Shown: positions 9,361-17,147 of the stretch, one piece after another
Layout of the letters: each line of letters begins with the position of its first letter
Position numbering within the stretch: position 1 is the first letter of the stretch
Assembly: GCA_031369685.1 (NCBI GenBank)
Contig: JANMPD010000099.1
Location: 3,076-67,075 of the forward strand
Origin: Chloroflexota bacterium
GTDB lineage: Bacteria > Chloroflexota > Limnocylindria > Limnocylindrales > CSP1-4
Direction: 5' to 3'
DNA length: 64,000 nucleotides
Translations under genes and position numbers: made by a program
The notes under the pieces: model-generated
Seen by the model: the letters and a program-made list of their open reading frames with translations, nothing else
The model's database searches: none
Told to the model about the DNA's origin: nothing

Positions 9361-9789
9361 TCAGGGCCCGATCGGCTGCGGCTTCGTCGCCAGTCCATCC
9401 TGCTGGAGGACATAGGCGTTGCCGTCGGGGGCGCGGAAGAAGAACCACCCGAAACCCGCGAACGCCGGGTTGCGGAACGCCTCGGCCGCCCAGATAACGT
9501 CGCTCAGCATCTCGGTCCCGGCTGCCTCGAGTTCCGCGCGTGCCGCGACGAGGTCGTCCACCGCGAACGCCGCGATGGGCCCGTCGGACGCGGCGGTCAT
9601 CAGCCGCTCGTCGGTGTGCCCCGGTCCATAGAGCTCGAAGTAGTCGCGCCCGCCCGATGCGAGCGGAAAGATGGCCCAATCTTTATCGAGGTGCGATGTC
9701 CGCAGGCCGAGGACGTCGCGAACGAAGACCGTCATCGCCTCGAAATTCGAGGTCCGGACTCCCAGGAAACTGATCCGTCGGATCTTCAC
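9361..9789 (-). CDS. VOC family protein (glyoxalase/bleomycin-resistance fold)
   Basis: 142 aa with the typical beta-alpha-beta-beta-beta VOC pattern (MKIRRISFLGVRTSNFEAMTVFVRDVLGL...). Confidence 0.75.
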   Translation of the reverse strand: MKIRRISFLGVRTSNFEAMTVFVRDVLGLRTSHLDKDWAIFPLASGGRDYFELYGPGHTDERLMTAASDGPIAAFAVDDLVAARAELEAAGTEMLSDVIWAAEAFRNPAFAGFGWFFFRAPDGNAYVLQQDGLATKPQPIGP

Positions 9790-9832
9790 GGGACCTCACG
9801 GCTCGGAGTGGTTCGCAACGACCAATCGCTTC

Positions 9833-10174
9833 TCACGATCGTGTCACGTGTACGCCATTCGCGCCTGACGTGCGGCTATAGCCGGCCACGAGCCAGCCAA
9901 CCGCAGCTCCAACACCGGCGAACACGAGCGCCGCGAGTGGCGCGAGCATCGCGGCATCGCGGATCTCGGACAACGGCACCCACATGCCGGCAGCGAGGGC
10001 CCACAGCCACGGCCGCCGGCGCGAGACGAACGCCGCAACCCCGCCCGTGATCAGTAATGAGCCCGCGGTGATCCCGGTGGCATCGAACCCGGGCCGAGAG
10101 TCCATCCAGGCCACAGCCAGCCCGACGCCGATGGCCACGACCGCAGCGAGTAGATCGCGCCGACCCTGCGACAT
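9833..10174 (-). CDS. Hypothetical small membrane protein
   Basis: Three predicted TM helices. Start placed at MSQGRRDLL to avoid overlapping the upstream gene. GC3-rich. Confidence 0.4.
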   Translation of the reverse strand: MSQGRRDLLAAVVAIGVGLAVAWMDSRPGFDATGITAGSLLITGGVAAFVSRRRPWLWALAAGMWVPLSEIRDAAMLAPLAALVFAGVGAAVGWLVAGYSRTSGANGVHVTRS

Positions 10175-10199
10175 CGAGCCCAGCCGCCGGCCCTGCGCC

Positions 10200-11396
10200 C
10201 TAGGCCCGCTTGCGCGCGAGATCGAGGAAGGGGAGTCGCACGACGGTCGCGTCGACCCGGCCGCGCCGGCCCTCAACGGTCCACTCCACCTGGAGGTTGG
10301 AGCCGGGCGCCTCGTGCGTGGACGGAACCGAGGCCAGCCCGACGGCCTGCTTCAGGATCGGGCTCCAGCCGAGGCTGGTGACCTTGCCGATCTGGGAGCC
10401 GGCGCGCCCTCCGTAGACCGGCTTGGGCGAGCGATCAACCGAGGCGGAGATCGCAGGTGGGAGATCCTGCGCGGAGTACAGCCCCTCGATCCCGTACCAG
10501 TCGAGCGTGATTCCGACCAGGCGACGCTTTGTTCCGGTGGCCGCCCCCTCGCGCGCCAGCGCCAGCTTGCCGACGAAATCGGCCTTCTTGAGATCGACGA
10601 GCCGGCCCAACCCGATCTCGTATGGGGAGTAGTTCTGCTCAGGATTGAGCGCGTGCCGGGCCGACGTGTAGTCCACCTCGAGCAGGATCAGCCCGGCCTC
10701 GAGCCGGACGACATCGAGCGCCAGCATGCCGGCCGGTCGGATCCCGTACGCCGCGCCGGCGTCCATCAGCGCATCCCAGGCCGCGACCGCGTGCTCGGCT
10801 GGGATCCAGACCTCGTAGCCGAGGTCGCCGGTGTAGCCGGTCCGCGAGACGTCGACGAGAATGCCCGCGAGTTTCGATGGGCGTCGCCGGAAGTACCCAA
10901 GCCCGGCAAACCGCTCTCCGGTCGCAGCCTCGAGCACGGCTCGGGCGAATGGGCCCTGAAGCGCCACCGCGGCAATCGCCTCGGTCTCATCCTCGACATG
11001 GATGTCCAGGCCGCGCGCGTTCATCGTGAGCCAGCGGTACTGCGGATCCGCGGCGGTCCAGCGGTACTCGGTCTCGGCCAGGCGATGGACGGTGCCGTCG
11101 TCGATGACCTTGCCGTGCTCATCGCACCAGGGCGTGTAGTAGACCTGCCCGACGCCGAGCTTGGTGGCGTCCCGGGTGATCATGCGGTTGACCAGCCGGG
11201 GAGCATCGGGACCCGTCACGCGGTACTTGTAGAGGGGGCTGACGTCGATGAGGGCGGCCGCCTCGCGGATGGCGTTGTATTCGATGTCGTGGGCATCGGC
11301 ATACACGGACGACGCGTAGTAACCGGACCATTCCCGCCACTGCATCTTTCGATTTAGGGGCTCGGTCCGGGGATGGAACGCGGTGCCGACGCTCAT
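10200..11396 (-). CDS. Aminomethyltransferase family protein (glycine-cleavage T protein / GcvT-like folate-binding)
   Basis: GcvT family motifs (LIDVSPLYKYRVTG, GYTGDLGYEVW). A possible alternative start is MQWREW at 11345. Confidence 0.8.
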   Translation of the reverse strand: MSVGTAFHPRTEPLNRKMQWREWSGYYASSVYADAHDIEYNAIREAAALIDVSPLYKYRVTGPDAPRLVNRMITRDATKLGVGQVYYTPWCDEHGKVIDDGTVHRLAETEYRWTAADPQYRWLTMNARGLDIHVEDETEAIAAVALQGPFARAVLEAATGERFAGLGYFRRRPSKLAGILVDVSRTGYTGDLGYEVWIPAEHAVAAWDALMDAGAAYGIRPAGMLALDVVRLEAGLILLEVDYTSARHALNPEQNYSPYEIGLGRLVDLKKADFVGKLALAREGAATGTKRRLVGITLDWYGIEGLYSAQDLPPAISASVDRSPKPVYGGRAGSQIGKVTSLGWSPILKQAVGLASVPSTHEAPGSNLQVEWTVEGRRGRVDATVVRLPFLDLARKRA

Positions 11397-11492
11397 GTGC
11401 TCTGGAACCTCCTCGAAATCAGGTGGCTCAAGTATGCCCCTCGCCCCCGCCGACCGGATGCGAGATCCCGGGGCATCAAACGAGGCTGGGCG

Positions 11493-12937
11493 TCATTCCG
11501 AGGCCGGCGGGGCGGCTACCGTCGCGGCGCATCGGAGGATGGCATCCGCGGAGATATCGATGTCGGCGTCCGTGGTCATCCAGTTTGAGACCGAGATCCG
11601 CATCGCGGCCATCCCATGCCAGGTCGTCCCGCCGAGCCAGCACGTGCCATCCGCCTGGACCGCGCCGATAACCGCACGGGTGAACGTATCAACCTCCGCG
11701 TCGGGCGCCGTGAGCCCGTCCGTATGGCCCCGCGGTGCGAACCGCACGAGGACCTGGTTAAGCACGACGTCGTTGAGAATCGCCACGCCCTCGACTCCGC
11801 GAAGGCGGTCCGCCATCCGTCCGGCCAGCGCGGAGCACCGTTCCACGAGGTCCGCCAGACCTTCGCGACCCAGCTCCCGGATGGCCGCATAAATCGGGAT
11901 CCCGCGAGCCCGCCGCGATGATTCGCCCACCCAGTTGCCGCCGTCCCGCTCACCGCTGACACCAGGGACGTAGTAGGCCGCGCCGTAGAGCATCGCGGAC
12001 CGATGGGCGCCCTGATCGCGAACCACCACGATCCCCGAGTCATACGGCACGTTGAGCCATTTGTGCCCATCGGTGGACCACGAATCGGCGTCGGCGAGAC
12101 CATCGACCAGATGGCGCCGGGCCGGGGCGACAGCAGCCCAGATCCCGAACGCGCCATCGACGTGCAGCCAGGCGTTCGGCAGTTCATGAACCGCCGCCGC
12201 GATCTCGGCCAGCGTGTCGAATGAGCCGGTATTGACGTTGCCGGCCTGGGCGGCGACGAGGACCGGCCGGTCCCGGAGCCCTGTCAGCGCCTCGCGAAGC
12301 GCATCGGCCCGCATCCGGCCCTGCCCGTCCGCCTCGACCATGACCACGCGCTTGCGCCCGAGGCCGAGCATCTGAAGTGACGCGAAGACGGTGGCGTGGG
12401 CCTCTGCCCCGATAACGACGGCGATCTCCGGCGCTCCCGCCAGTCCGTCGTCCTCGACGTCCCACCCGAGTCGCTGAAGGAGTCGATGCCGGCCAGCGGC
12501 AAGTCCCGTGAACGAGGCCATCGTGACGCCCGTCGTGAACCCGACGGACGCACCGGACGGCAGCCCGAGCAGTTCGAGAATCCAGTCGGCGGCGACCTCC
12601 TCGGCAACCGAGGCTGCGGGCGACATCACGAACGAGAACCCGTTCTGGTCCCATGTCGAGGTCAGCCAGTCGGCCGCGAGCGCTACGGGAGCCCGCCGCC
12701 GATGACGAACCCGAAGTAGCGCGGGCCGGCACTCGCCACGATCCCGGGGTCCGCGGCGTGGGCGAGGTCGACGACGACATTTTCGGCCTCCGACCCGTGC
12801 TCCGGGAGCGGCCCGCCCATCGAGGCCATGAGATCCGCTCGCGTCGCTGTGCTGCGGACGTCGCGGTCAGGGAGCGTCTCGAGGAATTCGGCGGCCAGGT
12901 CAGCCGCCTGGTGGAGGAGCGCGGCGCGGGATTTCAT
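11493..12937 (-). pseudogene. PLP-dependent amino-acid decarboxylase (group II), disrupted by a -1 frameshift near 12683-12686
   Basis: N-terminal fragment 12683..12937 (FLETLPDRDV...GPRYFGFVIGGGLP*). C-terminal part 11493..12629 continues (V)ALAADWLTSTWDQN...DGHKWL (PLP lysine). The reading frame continues upstream of 12629 in the -1 frame, so a single missing base restores a full-length decarboxylase. Confidence 0.7.
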
Positions 12938-12963
12938 GGCCGGAGGGTACCCGACCCGACGGG

Positions 12964-13362
12964 TCAGCCGTAGCCGAGGACTCGGACGCCCTGGATCTCG
13001 AAGTCCTGAGGGTTGCGGGTGACGACCGTTGCGTCATTGAACCACGCCACTCCCGCGATCATGGCGTCGCCAAGGCCACGAGGGCTTGTTCGCCCAAGTC
13101 GACGTCTCGTGTCGCCGGCCTGGATCGCGGCGTCTGGATGCGTCGCGACGAAGTCAAGCGCTCGGATCAGCGATCGCATCGTTGCGTTCTGGCGCTCGTC
13201 GCCGCCCGACAGAGCTTCGGCCACCACAACGTCGCAGACCAACAGATCGTTGGGCTCGGCGAACAACCGGGCGATGAGGCCATCAATCCCCGGCCTCGCC
13301 TTCGCATGGTCAATGAGGACCGTCGTATCAATCAGGTACCGCACGGCCGTCCTCGTCTTCAT
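12964..13362 (-). CDS. vapC: Type II toxin VapC (PIN-domain ribonuclease)
   Basis: PIN motifs (YLIDTTVLID, TRNPQDFE). Located immediately downstream of, and overlapping, a small antitoxin gene. Confidence 0.8.
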   Translation of the reverse strand: MKTRTAVRYLIDTTVLIDHAKARPGIDGLIARLFAEPNDLLVCDVVVAEALSGGDERQNATMRSLIRALDFVATHPDAAIQAGDTRRRLGRTSPRGLGDAMIAGVAWFNDATVVTRNPQDFEIQGVRVLGYG

Positions 13363-13627
13363 ATGGAGCCCACAGCTTCTTGTCGCGATCCCAGGAGTCG
13401 CGCGTCTCGCGGAGCAAGCGGTCCGTTTCTTCCGGCGTGCTTCCCCAGGCGTCGGAGTCCTTCAGGGCGCCGGCGTACTTCTCCCAGACCATGCGAGCGT
13501 TGTCCCGGCGAACCTGCTTTGCGACCAGCTCGGCGATGTAGCGACTTCGCCCCCGCGGACCGGCGACAGCATCGACGAGGGCGAGCGTCTCCTCGGGCAG
13601 GCTGATGTTCGTGCGTACCAGGGCCAT
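13328..13627 (-). CDS. vapB: VapB-family antitoxin (ribbon-helix-helix/CopG-like)
   Basis: About 99 aa starting MALVRTNISLPEETLALVD (RHH N-terminus). 35-nt overlap with vapC. Confidence 0.65.
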   Translation of the reverse strand: MALVRTNISLPEETLALVDAVAGPRGRSRYIAELVAKQVRRDNARMVWEKYAGALKDSDAWGSTPEETDRLLRETRDSWDRDKKLWAPYEDEDGRAVPD

Positions 13628-13740
13628 GGTCGGGCTCCGTGTGAATGGATTGCACACATGATATCACACGATATCCGGGCGCTCCGACTGACTATCCTGC
13701 GGAACGCCCGGCGCACCTGCCGGGACGCGGATTAGACTGC

Positions 13741-15432
13741 ATGGAGGCGATGCAGGCTGGATGTGCGGCTCGGGCCGCGGCTAACGAGGGGCGCGTGGCG
13801 CAGCGGTACGACGCGGTCATCATCGGCGGTGGCCATAACGGCTTGATCTCGGCGGCCTATCTGGCGCGCGCAGGGATGAAGACGCTCGTGCTCGAGAAGC
13901 GCCACCTGCTCGGCGGCGCGGCCGTGACCGAGGAGATCTTCCCGGGCTTCCGGTTCTCGGTCTTCAGCTACGTGGTCTCGCTCCTCCGGCCGGAGATCAT
14001 TCGAGAGCTGAACCTGCCTGCCCACGGCCTCGACATCCTGCCGCTCGATGGCACGTTCACGCCGCTCCACGAGGGCGAAGGGCCCAAGGGCCCGGATGGC
14101 CAGTCCACCGGGGACTACCTGTGGCGCGTCAACGACCACGGCCGAACCGTTCGCGAGCTGCGCCGCTGGTCGAAGAATGACGCCGAGGCCTACGAAGAGT
14201 ACGGCCAGCTCATGGTGGACATGGCCCGGTTCATCAAGCCGATCCTCGGGATCGTGCCACCGGATCCCGCCTCGCTGGACCCTCGGCCGCTGCTGCCGCT
14301 CGCCGGCCTCGCCAGGGCATTCCAGAAGCTCACCGAGCGCCAGCAGGCCGTATTCGTCCAGCTCATGACCATGTCCGCCTCGGACTTCCTGGACCAGTGG
14401 TTCGAGACGGATCCGCTCAAGGCCACCATGTCCGCATCCGGGATCATCGGCACCTACCAGGGTGTCAAGAGCCCGGGCACCGCGTATGTCCTGCTCCACC
14501 ACTACATGGGCGAGATCGACGGCGCCTTCCGCGCCTGGGGGATCCCGAAGGGCGGGACGGGCGGCATCTCCAATGCGATCGGCTCGGCGGCGCGCTCGCT
14601 CGGGGTCAGCATCCGGCTCGAGGCGCCCGTCGCGCGGATCCTGGTTCGCGCGGGCGAGGCAAGCGGCGTCGTGCTCGAATCCGGCGAGGAGATCCTGGCC
14701 GATTCGGTCCTGTCGTCGGTGGACAGCCGCCGGACGTTCATCGACCTCATCGAGCCTGGGACGCTCGACCCCGAATTCGAGGTCGAGGTCAAGCGCTTCA
14801 AGTTCCGCGGTTCGTCCGGCAAGGTCAACATGGCTCTCAACGGCCTGCCCAACTTCACGGCGATGCCCGGCTCCGGCGAGCACATGCGGGGGGCGATCTC
14901 CATCAGCCCCTCGATCGATGACATGGAACGCGCCTACGACGACGCCAAGTACGGGCACTGGAGTCGCAAGCCGTACATCGACATCATCATCCCCACCCTC
15001 GTCGATCCCTCGATGGCCCCACCCGGCAAGCACGTGATGAGCTGTTTCGTCCAGTACGCGCCGTATCACCTCGACCCGTCGCTCGGGACCTGGGATGACA
15101 ATCGGGAGGCCTTTGGTGATGCGGTCGTCGACCGGATCAGCGAGTTCGCGCCGGACCTCAAGTCGAAGATCCTGCACCGGAACGTGCAGACGCCGCTGGA
15201 CATCGAGCGGACCACCGGCCTGACCGAGGGCAACATCTTCCAGGGCGAACTGAGTCTCGAGCAGCTGTTCTTCAGCCGCCCGGTCCCCGGCTGGGCCCGC
15301 TTCCGCACGCCGGTCCGAAACCTCTGGCTGTGCGGCTCGGCGACGCATCCAGGCGGCGGAATCATGGGCGCCAACGGTCGGATCGCCGCGATGGAGCTGC
15401 TCCGCTCGCGGGGCAGGAAGTTCAGCTCATGA
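13741..15432 (+). CDS. NAD(P)/FAD-dependent oxidoreductase, phytoene-desaturase-like (CrtI/COG1233 family)
   Basis: Rossmann dinucleotide motif DAVIIGGGHNGLISAAYLARAG. C-terminal CGSATHPGGGIMG region typical of the CrtI family. Confidence 0.85.
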   Translation: MEAMQAGCAARAAANEGRVAQRYDAVIIGGGHNGLISAAYLARAGMKTLVLEKRHLLGGAAVTEEIFPGFRFSVFSYVVSLLRPEIIRELNLPAHGLDILPLDGTFTPLHEGEGPKGPDGQSTGDYLWRVNDHGRTVRELRRWSKNDAEAYEEYGQLMVDMARFIKPILGIVPPDPASLDPRPLLPLAGLARAFQKLTERQQAVFVQLMTMSASDFLDQWFETDPLKATMSASGIIGTYQGVKSPGTAYVLLHHYMGEIDGAFRAWGIPKGGTGGISNAIGSAARSLGVSIRLEAPVARILVRAGEASGVVLESGEEILADSVLSSVDSRRTFIDLIEPGTLDPEFEVEVKRFKFRGSSGKVNMALNGLPNFTAMPGSGEHMRGAISISPSIDDMERAYDDAKYGHWSRKPYIDIIIPTLVDPSMAPPGKHVMSCFVQYAPYHLDPSLGTWDDNREAFGDAVVDRISEFAPDLKSKILHRNVQTPLDIERTTGLTEGNIFQGELSLEQLFFSRPVPGWARFRTPVRNLWLCGSATHPGGGIMGANGRIAAMELLRSRGRKFSS

Positions 15433-17102
15433 CGGCCTCGGGCGACACCCCGCTCGGCGCACCGAGACCCGTCGCGATGCCGGCAACGCCCCGCCCCGCA
15501 CCGCGCTGGGACGTCGTGATCATCGGCGCCGGGCACAACGCGCTGGTCACCGCCACCTACCTCGCCAAGGGCGGGCTCAGGACGCTCGTCCTCGAGCGGC
15601 GGGATCGAGTAGGCGGCGCGGCCGACACCATCGAGCTCGGGCCCCATCTCCGGATCCCGGCGCTGGCCCACACCGTCGGCCGTCTCCGTCCTACCGTCCA
15701 TCGGGATCTCGACCTGAAGCGGCACGGACTGTCACTCATCGGGCCCGATGTCCGCGCCTTCGCGCCCTCACCGGATGGGTCCGCCGTCGTCCTGTGGGGC
15801 GATGTTGCAAGGACGGCCGAGGGATTGCGCGACCGATCCGCCGCGGATGCCGACGCCTATCCTGGGTTCGATCGCCTCGTCCGGTCGATGGGCAAGTTTC
15901 TGGATGAACTCGGGCGCTCCGCGCCGCCGGACATCGATGCGCCCGGGATCGGGGACGCGATCACCGGCCTGAAGCTCGGCAAGGCGTTCCGCGGCCTCGG
16001 CAAGCACGACGCGCGGACGATCCTGCGGATCCTGCCGATGGCCGTGGCCGACCTGGTCGCGGAGACCTTCGAGTCGGATGCCGTCCGCGCGGCGATCGCC
16101 TGGCGCGGTGTTCGATACAACGCCGTCGGGCCGTGGTCGGCCGGTACCGCGGCCATGCTGCTCATGGACTCGGCCGGCAACGATGGCGGCGCCGCCGGTG
16201 AAACGGTCTTTGTACGGGGCGGCCCTGGGGCGCTGTCGGCGGCCCTCGCGTCCGCGGCCCGCGCGGCCGGCGTCGAGATCCGGACCGGGGTCGAGGTCAC
16301 CGCGATCACCTCGAAGGACGGCCGCGCAACCGGCGTGGTCTTGGCCTCGGCTGAGTTGATCGCCGCTCGCGCCGTCGTCTCCGGCGCCGACCCGAAGCGA
16401 ACCCTGGTTGGGCTCGTCGACCCCGTTGCGCTGGGCCCGAGCCTCGGCTGGCGAGCCGGCAACATCCGGACGCCGGGCGTTGTTGCCAAGGTCAACCTGG
16501 CGCTCAAGGGCCTGCCGTTCTTCCCGGCCGCCCGCAAGGACGGCAAGGAGGTCCTCCGCGGCCGGATCATCGTGGCCTCGGGGATCGACGCCATGGAGCG
16601 GGCGTTTGACGCGTCGAAATACGGGCGCTCGTCCGAGCTGCCGATCCTCGAGGCGACCATTCCGTCGCTTGCCGACCCTTCGCTCGTCGAGGGCTCGCGT
16701 AAAGGCTCGCAGGTCATGAGTGTGATCGCCCAGTACGCGCCCTATGCGCTGCGCGAAGGCGACTGGGCGAGCCACGCCGACGCGTTCGGTGACGCGGTTG
16801 TCCGTACGCTCGAATCGGTTGCACCGGGCTTTCGCAAGCTCGTCACCCATCGACAGGTGCTCAGCCCCGTCGACCTCGAACGAGACTACGGCCTGACGGG
16901 CGGGCACCCGCTCCACGCAGAACCGGGCCTCGACCAGTTCTACCTGTGGCGCCCGCTCCTCGGCCACGCCCGGTACCGGATCGGCGGGCTCGAAGGTCTG
17001 TACCTGTGCGGTTCCGGCGCGCACCCCGGCGGCGGCATCACCGGCGGCCCCGGCCAGAACGCCGCCCGCGAGATCCTGTCCGACGTCAAGAAGCGCCGCT
17101 GA
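15429..17102 (+). CDS. NAD(P)/FAD-dependent oxidoreductase, phytoene-desaturase-like (tandem paralog)
   Basis: DVVIIGAGHNALVTATYLAKGG motif. C-terminal CGSGAHPGGGITGG. ATGA overlap with the upstream paralog. Confidence 0.85.
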   Translation: MTASGDTPLGAPRPVAMPATPRPAPRWDVVIIGAGHNALVTATYLAKGGLRTLVLERRDRVGGAADTIELGPHLRIPALAHTVGRLRPTVHRDLDLKRHGLSLIGPDVRAFAPSPDGSAVVLWGDVARTAEGLRDRSAADADAYPGFDRLVRSMGKFLDELGRSAPPDIDAPGIGDAITGLKLGKAFRGLGKHDARTILRILPMAVADLVAETFESDAVRAAIAWRGVRYNAVGPWSAGTAAMLLMDSAGNDGGAAGETVFVRGGPGALSAALASAARAAGVEIRTGVEVTAITSKDGRATGVVLASAELIAARAVVSGADPKRTLVGLVDPVALGPSLGWRAGNIRTPGVVAKVNLALKGLPFFPAARKDGKEVLRGRIIVASGIDAMERAFDASKYGRSSELPILEATIPSLADPSLVEGSRKGSQVMSVIAQYAPYALREGDWASHADAFGDAVVRTLESVAPGFRKLVTHRQVLSPVDLERDYGLTGGHPLHAEPGLDQFYLWRPLLGHARYRIGGLEGLYLCGSGAHPGGGITGGPGQNAAREILSDVKKRR

Positions 17103-17105
17103 GTT

Positions 17106-17136
17106 CAGGCGTAGCCGCGGCGATCGGCGCGGGCTA
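17106..17136 (+). terminator. Possible stem-loop after the oxidoreductase pair
   Basis: Imperfect inverted repeat gtagccgcg-gcgatcgg-cgcgggctac. Confidence 0.25.
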
Positions 17137-17147
17137 CCCTTCGCGGC

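Noticed and set aside
9984-11357. 457-aa plus-strand ORF
   Set aside because: It is antisense to the GcvT-family gene, which has clear family motifs.
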